Shown here one piece after another: positions 30,601 to 38,773 of a DNA stretch of 64,000 nt. How positions within the stretch are numbered: the first letter of the stretch is position 1; every line of letters starts with the position of its first letter. A program made the position numbers and the translations under genes. The stretch covers positions 15,566-79,565 of the IMG/VR virus record IMGVR_UViG_2879636102_000002; one strand, given 5' to 3'. The stretch comes from a virus (lineage: Duplodnaviria > Caudoviricetes). Under the pieces are notes generated by a model. The model had not been told where the DNA came from. It was given only the letters and a program-made list of their open reading frames with translations, and did not search any database.

Positions 30601-31320
30601 CTCGCTTATTAATTGGTTATCTTGCGATTGAATAAAATTCGTATATTTCTTTGCGTTATCGTCATTGTCTCGATATTCGAATGAGATTTCTCTGTTTTGG
30701 TATGCAATTTTTGTAACAAATATACCTGCACTGCTATTCGGTTTCCCATATGTTACAGTATATCCAACACCAAAAGTGTCCTTTACGCTCGTTAGCCGCC
30801 ATCTTTGGACCTGATCTTGGCTATACAATGAATTTTCAGTTTGATACTGATCGTTGCCCCCAAATGTATAAATCAACCCGTTTTTGTCTTTCGCTTGCCA
30901 AGTTTTCGAGTCAAGTTTCTTGAATATAAATAATGATTCAGGTTTAGTTCGATAAATATTTAATGTATTCGAGGGGACTAGCTCTCCACCTAGTGTAGAT
31001 GTAAAGCGCTCGATCCCATGATCATACGATCCGCGAACATCTCTTTCTATGTAATGATTAAGATTTAAATCCCATCCTTTTCCTAATAACCCAGTTGGTA
31101 ATTCCGAATTATACGAAAGTTGCAAATTAGGTGCTATTTCTTTTAGGGCAACAGGCAGCTCAATCGGGAAAGTAGTAATAGCATTCCCGAACTGATCAAC
31201 CGAGATTGTTGGTAAATTTTGAGGAATTTTTTCGTTCCAAAAATCCATCAAGGTAAAACTTGAAAACGAAAAAAACGCAAAAGATAATAGTAGTATATTC
31301 TTTAATTTTGATAATTTCAA
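24601..31320 (-). CDS. Rhs/YD-repeat protein with SpvB-like and FG-GAP repeats and C-terminal membrane-active domain
   Basis: Signal peptide; PNLQLSYNS..GLLGKGW (SpvB-like); D.DGDG repeats; YD repeats; core YYMKARYYDPFIGRF...YTNGNPIKYNDPTG. Confidence 0.92.
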   Translation of the reverse strand: MKLSKLKNILLLSFAFFSFSSFTLMDFWNEKIPQNLPTISVDQFGNAITTFPIELPVALKEIAPNLQLSYNSELPTGLLGKGWDLNLNHYIERDVRGSYDHGIERFTSTLGGELVPSNTLNIYRTKPESLFIFKKLDSKTWQAKDKNGLIYTFGGNDQYQTENSLYSQDQVQRWRLTSVKDTFGVGYTVTYGKPNSSAGIFVTKIAYQNREISFEYRDNDDNAKKYTNFIQSQDNQLISEIRVKVAGVTVRLYKFDYSTNLLGEAQLIAISREESNNFGDGKYFDIQLTYSQRTQSVYGSKVEKRIPNLFAVSRVPLQDKFECNLGTLNCLAFNTMVCNMPNPASLLVCQTEKARYGLLCSQFQNTWWLPCMTGTRSPNNLLTFGDTDGDGSLEGVRLVGNEDEGSFRIVTIKNPTTSMDESTVSPNLHGIGYNSFSTMSWGDVDGDGNVDLAYSNGQNVLVTFARNGYYTEPYLISNLSLVTPPVDFLFSPPDLTWKGGLVDMDGDGRSDYIKKINDTTISISYSQGTSFSGENHIDIGPIFINEKMGQFIDFDSDGKPEFVHILNGEVVIRKIFLSSGNSIEYRMGGIYTGNGNIKEEGYNRWLADINSDGRPDFCVLLPNGLFYTYLNLGKSFAEGVNQGYLSGMVYQGEVFGDEILKTKTFADVNGDGKVDLLAFDGSRVAVNYGNGQGFVSGGTLAEADSFYGAMDLNKDGRVELIHLKADKNAFLLNVPYLSYYPAIQDYVDGTRRSQNYFAMHARGFDAFVSLFKAPKTTMSPGLLLSLLSLLALYDTPEGGNLSVTPVVLNNSHDKLVKLSDGMWFETEIRYKKTEEFQNAIQFNNGSYPKLSVPISKQQVYEIESKSADKVITDRYDYQNFRIHLGDLFSRAYYGFEKVIETNLLHNLRKEIIYNQAGPQFAGLEKSIKSYYSDGTLAKSLTYNYQIKNPFGVELVLRNSQVSESYIDSYLYKKEEYEAGYDIYGNALSQKKFANNILVKEEESNFDNNTSFDNYFIGRPKRIKSYLQSELVSDEEFNYTNNSLVAEVVSFSGSPDQSKVTMSYDMLGRNTVKNVPGIGEVITEYDSDSGINVVSQMNSLGHRTEKRYDLLTDSLIEEISPNGASLKRSYDPFLNEKSETLPGDSAPNLKQSFTYKKEELKLEVVKQSRNSEGGYSVITEIMNHEGKLQSRITQLNESANLTERMVYDSFGRLYRKYNPIISGLMEDDWEEYNYDGYDRVIGIINSKGERISISYSPNQLVTTSSIFSATGELVHTIEIEKNILGQEIRRTMNGSTHTMSYSARGNIAKITDPSGNQISYEYDSRGRKVSQTDKSSGNIEMKYDMLGRLSRTIKSDGTVTDFNYDGLSRIISQMTGGKTISYVYDVGGATSQSYPVGRLTQVNDGNLTTLMDYDLRGNVIRQKKMMDDVNLFVESEYDTNNNPTLIRYPEGTVVHYSYGSGGHLNKMTLDSADGNSVDQLLVKYEGPFLEEDRFVIKKITGNGVESTIEIDKKFKRLTGLRTKLADGFLEQNLKYEYDPAGNISKIQDKNREDRTQNFEYDSLNRLVKSVGKYGEELYEYSADGNLLKRGEVTFKYENLNKPHLVTEARSPQIGTFHYSYDSNGNMVNRNGDVHSYDSNNLLTSINTAGGTSIRYYYDHSGNRIKKDVGNGKQINYTLFGDAFEITREEGIPESATLYLKGLKGEPLAQIAVPDVQFLRDENFSSLTPWDKILSLNFSVFDCSKTKMDCEVYRKNKFDSLIFKPLRKHLTRENIKFGSYSLQFAFLGFLFIFVHKQKRPYFSIYIMPVMRYANVILLFSFMIGVENCSFLGIGGNGDEKPLTLFPTHVSDSAPSVNDEGNDYFPGTGTIVPPISSNSFSGISFQHADHLGSVSFLSDSKGNPLSGGDWTGRSRIAYKPYGLIHRTDSGGPDISKIKYAGQTEDKESGLYYMKARYYDPFIGRFLTGDKKLFSKQVNGLNRYMYTNGNPIKYNDPTGYGRQSPYFSAVVVYMLSEGMNESDRLLLTSAAFRTYRGNERGRQSYIEKTFGQNASHLGKPHISKALQYALAAYYLLPAENDLDKVRNLFMGFTMGKKAGGSYNDIQGKKEERIHIGKSWKMAFMGYMLWKDKPDVLRFVAAGYRTGNKVDKLDRPYADSKAFFNGLKQAFSSEAILSLIIQIVTLVVMIVVFDVSIPIIVLSSIGIAMNFSSIALSGDYGASEEISQNDGEDNRDINFGVTDR

Positions 31321-31566
31321 AGCGAACCCCAGAGCCTTTACCTACAATAACACGTGTTTCATAATAAATTAAAATTTAGAAACATAGGTCAATGTTTTTT
31401 CGTACAACTTATATATTCTAAAAAGTTTTATTTGTAATCGAAAAGGCTTAGGATTTGATGCCAGCAAAAAGCTATTATATTAATAACAGTTCAGATTAAT
31501 TTTATTTCAGAAATTTCAAATTATTTTGAATTTCGCATTTTTTTTTCAGAATTAATAAAACAGAAA

Positions 31567-31610
31567 TATCACAGACCATTGCGGAAAACATTCCGCAATG
31601 GTCTGTGATA
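31567..31610. terminator. Perfect 20-bp inverted repeat (probable terminator downstream of terL)
   Basis: tatcacagaccattgcggaa-aaca-ttccgcaatggtctgtgata; T-rich tail on the minus strand. Confidence 0.7.
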
Positions 31611-31856
31611 GAAAAAAGGCCTTTATTCCCAATTCGAAATTCTATAATCGAAAAAGTGGATGATTTTAAATTACTACTATGTCACCTAACGCCTGAAACC
31701 ATTTACAGTCATTGAAAAAATTAGGGATAATTAAATCTCTGTAAATGAAAATACGGCCTTTTTTAGGAACCATATAAAGAACCTCTTTAAGTACCTTACA
31801 TAGAACACTAGCGTAAACGAAAAAGATTTCCTTTTTCAAATACACAAAAGAAAGAC

Positions 31857-33548
31857 TTAATAACCTCGCCTTCTTAATTGTTCTCTTCGAAGCTGCTCAA
31901 TAGACTTTCCAATTGTAACTTGCGATTCTTGATGCAACCCTGCTTCCCGTTCCCTTGCCTTCGCTAACTGTTCTGGTGTGACTATACTTATCATATTCCC
32001 CATTTGTTCTACAATCAATCGATGAGCCATCTCCAATGCGTCAGGACCATCCAGTTTCTTGTAAGGGAATTCGTTTAGCATTTCAAAAAGTAAATTGGAA
32101 TCGGATCTGAGTAACATGAGGCCAGTTGCAATTATAGTTTGCAATGCCCCTTCGATTCGTTTGATCTTATCTCCAGTGTTTGGGATCCCAACCATTGGAA
32201 CAATGATTCGATCTGTGGGTGATAATCCTTGCCCGTTGTTTGGGTTTACACACAGTTCATTCCAGTCTTCTAAATGCCGTTTAAACGCGTCCAGGAAGTA
32301 TTCCTGCCCTCCACTGGTCTCAACACCCGCAACTGTCCATGGAAACGCTCTGAGAGCCTTTACGAGGTCAATTTGGATCTGATCTGGAGGTCTTCTAGCA
32401 ATGTCTGAATAGAGTTCGTAGAATTTTCCCTGTGGAGAAAGTCCAACACCGACAATTGCGGAATAATCTGATCTCTGAGTCTTCCCAAGCGAAAGATCCA
32501 CTGCCAATCCAAGAGTCCATCCTTGAAATGATTCCGGCCTAACAAATTCGTAAGTTTGAATTCTACCTTTGAATTTCTGATCGATCTCTGCGAGTATGAC
32601 GTTCTGCCTTTCTCTTGCGAAAGAGATTGGATCGACTTCTCTTTCCTTTAGAAGCATCGAGAGAGGTGCCCCGGCTTCCCAAGTAGAATACTCGGATCCA
32701 TCTGGACGAGTTCCAATGGCAGAGAATTTCTTACGATTCCAATCCCAATACTTTTTGGTATCGTTGTAGATAACTTCTCCTACGCAATTTGGTGAAAGAG
32801 TTGTGTAAGACAAAACTACATCGATACCCCATTGAGCTCCGAGCTTCAATGCCGCCCGATCGAACCAACGATATTTTTTTTGCATTCTGGAATCTGATTC
32901 AACGTCCTTCTCTTCATCCGGATCATCGACAATCAAAGCGTCTGGCCGATATTGTCTATACCGAGTTCCACGAATGGCATTAAGAAAGCCTTTCGCAATG
33001 ATCCTGGCACCTCCCCTGAAAACGATATCCAAATCATTCCAAGCAACATTCTGGCCTTTCTGATCTTTTGCAGGCCTTAGTTCAGGAAAGTCAGATACAA
33101 GCAGTTCGTTATCTTCACACTCATCCACAATCTTTTGGAGAAAACCTTTCGCCTGTGTGAGTGAGGCACTGACCATGATCACAAAATGCCAATCACGCCT
33201 AAGCACCAACCACATGACACCGCATAAAGAGAGAATGGTTGATTTTCCAAAACCTCGGGAGAGAGCTCGGATTATTTTCATTGGCCCCCTACCCTTCTTT
33301 CCGGCAAAGGCTTGTATGTCCTCTATCAATTCCAATTGCTGTTCCCCAAACTCAGTAGAGAAGTAGTGAGCAAAATAAGTATTGAGAAAGACTCGAAAAC
33401 TTTCTATGGCCTTTACTCTTCGTAAGGTGGCGGGATTCCCTTCTCCGTATTGTGCTTTTTGTTTTTCTAAAAATCGCTTGAGATAAATTTCAGCGACTTT
33501 GGCAGGATACCTTTTTAATTCCTTACGCAATTCCTCGATTTGGATCAT
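31857..33548 (-). CDS. terL: Terminase large subunit
   Basis: Walker A SRGFGKST, Walker B LIVDD, nuclease motifs AVDLS..DYSA and LDGPDA. Confidence 0.92.
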   Translation of the reverse strand: MIQIEELRKELKRYPAKVAEIYLKRFLEKQKAQYGEGNPATLRRVKAIESFRVFLNTYFAHYFSTEFGEQQLELIEDIQAFAGKKGRGPMKIIRALSRGFGKSTILSLCGVMWLVLRRDWHFVIMVSASLTQAKGFLQKIVDECEDNELLVSDFPELRPAKDQKGQNVAWNDLDIVFRGGARIIAKGFLNAIRGTRYRQYRPDALIVDDPDEEKDVESDSRMQKKYRWFDRAALKLGAQWGIDVVLSYTTLSPNCVGEVIYNDTKKYWDWNRKKFSAIGTRPDGSEYSTWEAGAPLSMLLKEREVDPISFARERQNVILAEIDQKFKGRIQTYEFVRPESFQGWTLGLAVDLSLGKTQRSDYSAIVGVGLSPQGKFYELYSDIARRPPDQIQIDLVKALRAFPWTVAGVETSGGQEYFLDAFKRHLEDWNELCVNPNNGQGLSPTDRIIVPMVGIPNTGDKIKRIEGALQTIIATGLMLLRSDSNLLFEMLNEFPYKKLDGPDALEMAHRLIVEQMGNMISIVTPEQLAKAREREAGLHQESQVTIGKSIEQLRREQLRRRGY

Positions 33549-34186
33549 ATCGCAAGGTCATTCCCAAACTTTTCCGCGAGCGCAGTTGAAAGTGCCTGAA
33601 CTGCTTGTTCTATCTTTTTGTCTTCTTCCTCTTTGTCATCAGACTTAGGAAGTCGTCCCGTTTTTTCTAAATAAGCGAAGGCTAATTTTCCGGCCTGGAT
33701 CTTATCCTCAAAGTCATAGTCACCTGATGCTATCTCTTCTAAGATTCGAAAAAATCCGACGGCCACTGGAACGGAATTTTGGCGAATATGCGATAAGAGT
33801 TCCAGTTCAATTTCATCGGCATATTTTCGGAATGGTTCACAATGCTTATAATTCCATCCGAACCAATCTCGAGCTCTCCCAATCATAGGACCAATGTGCG
33901 TTTTATATTTTCCAGCACGGAAAAGTATTAATCCAGATTCTTGAAATGGGGAGACTTCTGGAAATTCTCTGTAAAGAACCACGGCTTTGTTTTTTGGAAT
34001 TGGTTCAAATTCTTTTCCTCCCCTACTCTCTAAAAAGATCTCCTCTGGTTCTCGACTCGGTATTGTATTTTCGGTCGAGTTATTTGAGATTGTTGAGTCA
34101 GGATTTTCCCATGATTTAGAACTACCTTTCTTCACCACACGTTTGCTAGGTGCTTTTTTCCGAGGGATTTTCTTCTTTGGTGCCAT
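33545..34186 (-). CDS. Probable terminase small subunit
   Basis: 213 aa ORF with ATGA overlap to terL, preceded by the late motif. Confidence 0.6.
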   Translation of the reverse strand: MAPKKKIPRKKAPSKRVVKKGSSKSWENPDSTISNNSTENTIPSREPEEIFLESRGGKEFEPIPKNKAVVLYREFPEVSPFQESGLILFRAGKYKTHIGPMIGRARDWFGWNYKHCEPFRKYADEIELELLSHIRQNSVPVAVGFFRILEEIASGDYDFEDKIQAGKLAFAYLEKTGRLPKSDDKEEEDKKIEQAVQALSTALAEKFGNDLAI

Positions 34187-34187
34187 C

Positions 34188-34200
34188 GGGAAGTGACAAG
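34188..34200 (-). promoter_or_regulatory. Late-gene motif CTTGTCACTTCCC, 1 nt before ATG
   Basis: CTTGTCACTTCCCGATG. Confidence 0.75.
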
Positions 34201-34235
34201 TTGCAGTAAAATACTACCTGTCAACGAAAAACGCA

Positions 34236-34263
34236 TTGACCACTTACAGTGATTTACTGTAAT
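34236..34263 (+). promoter_or_regulatory. Sigma70-like promoter with overlapping palindromic operator
   Basis: TTGACC-16 nt-TGTAAT, with palindrome TTACAGT-gattt-ACTGTAA (34244-34262) across the spacer. Confidence 0.55.
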
Positions 34264-34269
34264 GAAGTA

Positions 34270-34428
34270 ATGCCTAGAATAACTTTAGATTTGGATGATG
34301 ATTCCTATGAGTTGCTTGAAAGTGATCGGGGAGAGATGTCACAACAGAAATATATGATTCGGTTACTGAAAGAGTTTCAGTTACATATATCAATCAAAAG
34401 ACGAAAAAAGGAAGGAAAGAATGGGTAA
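34270..34428 (+). CDS. Ribbon-helix-helix (CopG/Arc-like) regulator, 52 aa
   Basis: Below ORF-track cutoff. MPRITLDLDDDSYELLE...MSQQKYMIRLL fits the RHH pattern; overlaps the next start. Confidence 0.7.
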   Translation: MPRITLDLDDDSYELLESDRGEMSQQKYMIRLLKEFQLHISIKRRKKEGKNG

Positions 34429-35230
34429 ACGTGAAAAATTTCGCTATTCTATCATTAATATAAATTGGTTCAAAATAGTATTGATTTCTTTCTCTTTGGT
34501 AAGCATCGGGATTATTGGGGCAGTTTTTCTATTCTATTATTATCATTTCCCAATGCTAACAGATGATAATGAATTATGGGCACATTTTGGCGATTTTGTC
34601 GGTGGGACCCTGAGCAGTATTTTTTCTTTTTTTACATTCATTGCAATATTATACACTCTTCATTTACAGCGGGAAGAATTAAGCCTAAACCGGGAGGAAT
34701 TAAGACTTAACCGATTAGAATTGCAAACTGCTAACAAAGAAGCTGGAAATCAAACTCGCATTGCATCTAAGCAACTGGAAAACTCCATTAGGCAAAAGAA
34801 CGAAGAATATTTGCTTAATTATATGAAAGTATACTCTGAAATCGAACTAAACTTAATTCATCGCGGTTTCCCTAATACAACAGGTGCGGCGTTAATAGAA
34901 AGTTTTTTAAATACAGATAGTAAGATAAAAGTAACTACGAAACTCATTTCTATAGAAGATGCTGGAATGGCGATATCGACTAAACTCATATTAAAATATC
35001 TAAATTGCTTAGAGTATCTAATCTATTGGGATCTTTTACAATGCCGTAGTGAAACTTTTGATAGTATTGTTGATTCCGAACATCAATCTTTCTCTTCTGA
35101 TTATTCCCCATTTATAAAATCTTTTTGTAACGATGCAACGTTTGTCCATTTGAGAAAATCTGGTATCATTGCTAAAATGAAAATAGAAGACCAATTCCCA
35201 AATATTGCTAGATTTATCAATCAGGTATAA
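34421..35230 (+). CDS. Membrane protein resembling putative phage abortive-infection family
   Basis: Two TM helices, WAHFGDFVGG...TL..QREEL...REEL coiled coil. Confidence 0.6.
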   Translation: MGKREKFRYSIININWFKIVLISFSLVSIGIIGAVFLFYYYHFPMLTDDNELWAHFGDFVGGTLSSIFSFFTFIAILYTLHLQREELSLNREELRLNRLELQTANKEAGNQTRIASKQLENSIRQKNEEYLLNYMKVYSEIELNLIHRGFPNTTGAALIESFLNTDSKIKVTTKLISIEDAGMAISTKLILKYLNCLEYLIYWDLLQCRSETFDSIVDSEHQSFSSDYSPFIKSFCNDATFVHLRKSGIIAKMKIEDQFPNIARFINQV

Positions 35231-35244
35231 AAAGCAAAATTGCC

Positions 35245-35541
35245 ATGCCGAACTGGAAAGAAATTCAAATGGATAGAGTAAAAACACTTCACTGGGAAGC
35301 GCAGGAATTTTATACTTCCCTAAAGTTTGAATCATTAAAATCCTCTGTCCTTCAAATCCTAGCTCATAAAACAGAATTATACCATAGAGAACATGGGGAA
35401 AGTGCAAACATTATAGTAATATCCCCTGAATTTAGGATATTGATTGGAAAGGATATTTTAGATTTCAGGGGTATCCCGATAATTTATTCTCTAAACCTTA
35501 CTTCAGAGACTAATTTTGAAAAATCTATTCAGGTGTTTTAG
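35245..35541 (+). CDS. Hypothetical protein
   Basis: 98 aa ORF following the Abi-like gene. Confidence 0.5.
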   Translation: MPNWKEIQMDRVKTLHWEAQEFYTSLKFESLKSSVLQILAHKTELYHREHGESANIIVISPEFRILIGKDILDFRGIPIIYSLNLTSETNFEKSIQVF

Positions 35542-35932
35542 GTGAATCTTCTTTCTCTGATTGTGTAGTTTTAATTTTTAGAGCATTCACTAGAAAATCG
35601 ATTTTCTCTTTCAAACCACTTATCGTATAAGCTTGAAAAGCTAAAACTAAAGCAGATAAAATGGCCGCGATAGGAGATGCATATTTGCTAAATTGCTCGC
35701 CTCCGGAAAGGCCAACTTTCGCATTCTCTCTTCTGTTGTATCTTTTCCTTTCCTGTGCTACTTCTTTTTCCGGAACTATTTCCAATGCACTTAATTGAAA
35801 AGTGTAAGAATTTATCTCTCCACCATCGATTGTCCACGTAACTTCGCAGTTATACTCTCTTAGTTGAGTGACTGTCATTAGCTGGTTACCTCCTTTCAGT
35901 TTTACCGTGGATCCAACTTTGAAATCACTCAT
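35525..35932 (-). CDS. YodC/DUF2158-like domain fused to a TM helix
   Basis: FKVGSTVKLKGGNQLMTV...W...F...AL pattern, then a hydrophobic segment. Confidence 0.65.
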   Translation of the reverse strand: MSDFKVGSTVKLKGGNQLMTVTQLREYNCEVTWTIDGGEINSYTFQLSALEIVPEKEVAQERKRYNRRENAKVGLSGGEQFSKYASPIAAILSALVLAFQAYTISGLKEKIDFLVNALKIKTTQSEKEDSPKTPE

Positions 35933-36777
35933 TCTTTAAGTGCCTCTTTTCCTTCGATAAACTTCTTTAGGTCCTTCAGTTTCTTGATATCTGGATCCTT
36001 TTGAATTGCGTATTTCAAGTAGTGTTCAAACCCACCTACTTTACCAAAATCCTTTTTGAATTCAGTTTGTTTCTTGGATATTTTATTCAATCGCTCTTTG
36101 TAGGAATCAATTTCTTTACGTAGGTCCTCTTTGACTTTGTTCTTTTGCTTTTCTGCTTCCCACCAATCAAGGATTCTGTTATTGAAATATCTTACCTCTC
36201 CATCCTTCAGTTCTGGTAACTCCTTGGGAGGTTTCTTCATATCTTTCTTTAGTTCGTCTCGGAGTTCCTTTAGGTCCCGATTTACTGTTCCAAGAGGCCA
36301 GCCAAACATATCCATGATCTTACGTCGAATGGGAGTTTTGAATTCTTTTCGGGAGGAGAACTTATTCCCATAGGACCCTCCCCTATCGTCTTGGAGAACT
36401 TCATCTTTTCCAAACCAAATAAGGATTACGCGTTTTCTGTTTTCTGGAGTATAGTCCTTCGCAAAACCGTTCTGAGCTACCATAACACGAGCTCGAACGA
36501 TATCAGTTAATTCAGATAAAACATGTTTCGCTGGGATAGTTTTGAAGCCTGCTTTTTTGGAAGCACGGTATCTTCTGGCGCCATTTAGAATTTCGTATTG
36601 GCCGTTTGCATTTTTTTCTTTGGTTAGGACTATTGGATCTTGTACGCCTTGAGTGGCAACATCCGCATCAAACTCTTTTTGTGATTCGCGATCTACATCT
36701 CGGAAGAAGTTATCTTTGTGGATGACTAAATCATCGAGTTTGACTAGTTTTATTTCGGAATATAAAATCTTTTCCAT
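35929..36777 (-). CDS. ParB/Srx N-terminal domain protein
   Basis: GVQDPIVL...YEILNGARRYRA; ATG 36777 preferred to TTG 36786. Confidence 0.8.
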   Translation of the reverse strand: MEKILYSEIKLVKLDDLVIHKDNFFRDVDRESQKEFDADVATQGVQDPIVLTKEKNANGQYEILNGARRYRASKKAGFKTIPAKHVLSELTDIVRARVMVAQNGFAKDYTPENRKRVILIWFGKDEVLQDDRGGSYGNKFSSRKEFKTPIRRKIMDMFGWPLGTVNRDLKELRDELKKDMKKPPKELPELKDGEVRYFNNRILDWWEAEKQKNKVKEDLRKEIDSYKERLNKISKKQTEFKKDFGKVGGFEHYLKYAIQKDPDIKKLKDLKKFIEGKEALKE

Positions 36778-36853
36778 TGAAGACAAGTATGACCTGCGAT
36801 TGAAGAATCAAGCAGTTTTCAAAAGTTGGAATTAGTCACTGGTATTGGAAAAT

Positions 36854-36934
36854 TCAAGCAACTGCAATGCTGGCAGAGTAGGAGATGAGGAAATTAGAAA
36901 CGGAATCGATTAGTGAATTTAAAGTTTTAGCCAT
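36854..36934 (-). CDS. Small 26-aa peptide
   Basis: AAGGGGT RBS then MAKTLNSLIDSVSNFLISYSASIAVA*. Confidence 0.4.
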   Translation of the reverse strand: MAKTLNSLIDSVSNFLISYSASIAVA

Positions 36935-37134
36935 AGTTTTTTTTACCCCTTTTATCTTACGTTTAGATACTACTTTTGCTAAGAAACCGAGGATAAATAT
37001 CAACAAGACACAGACCCAAATTTTTACGTTCTGTTGCTCCTTCTCTACCAGACATGTTGGAGTGCCATAAGACCAGTATGATTATTTCTTAGACGAAACG
37101 AATCGGAGTAAAGAACAGATTTTTGGTCTACTCC

Positions 37135-37383
37135 TCATTCAAGAAGTTCTTCAACTCGGGCTAAATTTCCATCTATAAAATGAAATCGCAAGATATTCCC
37201 ATGACATGCAAATTCTACTCCATCTTCTCCCCATTCGTGGTATGCAACTTTGGCTTTGCAATTTTGACAAATAGGTATTTCAGACGGCTTTTCAAAATAC
37301 CTTTCTGCATCTGGTGTAGAAATAAATTGGTCATTGTCAGACTGTGGAAATAGTTCGATCATAATGGTGCCCAATTTTTCCAC
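37135..37383 (-). CDS. Small zinc-ribbon-like protein
   Basis: CQNC...ACH; overlaps the end of rep. Confidence 0.5.
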   Translation of the reverse strand: MEKLGTIMIELFPQSDNDQFISTPDAERYFEKPSEIPICQNCKAKVAYHEWGEDGVEFACHGNILRFHFIDGNLARVEELLE

Positions 37384-37913
37384 ATGAGAAAAGCGGATCC
37401 TTTCAAATCCTCTGGTCGAGATGCTTTCGAAACTAAGTCCCAGGTTGAAGGTGATAACCTATCCCTACTCCATTTTAAAAATTCATCCCAGCTCTTTTGT
37501 ACATTGTACTGTGATTGTACTCTCTTTATAGGAACGTTGGAAATTGCAAAGCCTGCCTCGGCACTTTCGCCTACCCTGCTTTTGGTTTTGGGAATATTCT
37601 GTTTTGGCGCGGAGGATAAAGCTTTGGACAAAATATGATCTTCTTTTTGCACCGATTTTGTCTCAAGAATCGGTATTAGTTTTCTTCGTCTCCCATCGAA
37701 ACCAGTTTGTTTTACCAAACCCATTTTTTTAAGTTTGGAAATGATCCTTGAAACCGAGTCCGATCTTACTCCAATTAATTTGGAGAAATGTTCGTTAGAT
37801 GCGAAACACTCCCCTACCCTATCGAGGGAAACGATTTCTGCTAGTAAGACTTTTTCTGTGAGATTCAAAGGCAATACTTCGATCTCAACAGGTATCCATA
37901 ATCCTGTCCTCAT
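37359..37913 (-). CDS. Replication initiator, winged-HTH (LE1 Rep-like)
   Basis: GLWIP..LNLTEKVLLAEIVSL...CFASNEHF...SVSRIISKLKKMG; size and position next to parA match the LE1 replicon as I recall it; AGAGGA RBS. Confidence 0.75.
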   Translation of the reverse strand: MRTGLWIPVEIEVLPLNLTEKVLLAEIVSLDRVGECFASNEHFSKLIGVRSDSVSRIISKLKKMGLVKQTGFDGRRRKLIPILETKSVQKEDHILSKALSSAPKQNIPKTKSRVGESAEAGFAISNVPIKRVQSQYNVQKSWDEFLKWSRDRLSPSTWDLVSKASRPEDLKGSAFLMWKNWAPL

Positions 37914-38242
37914 AATGATCCTCTTAGGTGGACACGCCTACGGCCACGTAATAAATTGATTTTTTGTTTGGATCATTGGATTGATCCAGCTTCACTAAAT
38001 TGCCAAATTTTCGGAAGTGGCAAGTCTTAGGCGTTAAGACGGGTACACGGTATATTTAAGAGACATAATAAGTCAAGCACATAATGAGACATAATGGCAC
38101 AGGTTGGGAGGGAGATGAATTTTGGGAATTGTGTTTTGGGAGGTTTGAACTTTGCGGGCTTCCGAATTCCCGCATCGTTCGTATCCAGTGAAGCTAGACA
38201 TGTACTAAGTAGTCAGAAACAAAAAGAAGTACAAGAAAAAAA

Positions 38243-38773
38243 TTAAATTTTTGCTAAGTCAGATTTTATTTTTTTCAGTTTCTGTTCTGTTGACTTTTCC
38301 TTATCCTTTAGCCAAGTTTTCAATACTTCTCGGTCCTTCTTGCCTAGGTTCTCTCCAGATGAAAATTTCTTATATAATTCAACTGGAGAAATTGTCGGAG
38401 TAACATCCTTTTCTTCTTTCTTGGATTCAGAAATTAGCTGTAATGCCGATTTCAAATCGGTCACTGTTGACCGATTTAACAAAGACTTGTTTTCAAAAAG
38501 ACGAATGTATCTTTTGGCTGTAGAGTCTGAAAATTGTAAATTTTCTTTCATCCAAGGAATCCAATTTCCATGACCGATGATTTTCTTCTGATTTGAAAGT
38601 TTTTCTCCAATTAATATCGCGGATTGAATCGCATTGGATAGATCTTGGATGATGGATTGATGAAGAAGATTGATTTCTGTAACTTCGTCATTTTTGATTT
38701 CATTTTTTGGTGTCACGATATGGCCTGGTCGCGCACCGACTAAATTAGTTATGAGTTTTTTTCGTTCACTCAT
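38243..38773 (-). CDS. DUF3102-like protein, ParA partner
   Basis: IGEKL...HGNWIPW...FSDSTAKRYIRLF; ATGA coupling to parA. Confidence 0.7.
   Translation of the reverse strand: MSERKKLITNLVGARPGHIVTPKNEIKNDEVTEINLLHQSIIQDLSNAIQSAILIGEKLSNQKKIIGHGNWIPWMKENLQFSDSTAKRYIRLFENKSLLNRSTVTDLKSALQLISESKKEEKDVTPTISPVELYKKFSSGENLGKKDREVLKTWLKDKEKSTEQKLKKIKSDLAKI

Noticed and set aside
31567-31610. Protelomerase telRL site of a linear phage-plasmid
   Set aside because: It has a non-palindromic 4-nt centre, no protelomerase is seen in the window, and a dif-like site points to a circular replicon.
31660-31687. Further dif-like site (CTATGTCACCT arm)
   Set aside because: Only one arm resembles the 19461 site; the XerC side does not match.
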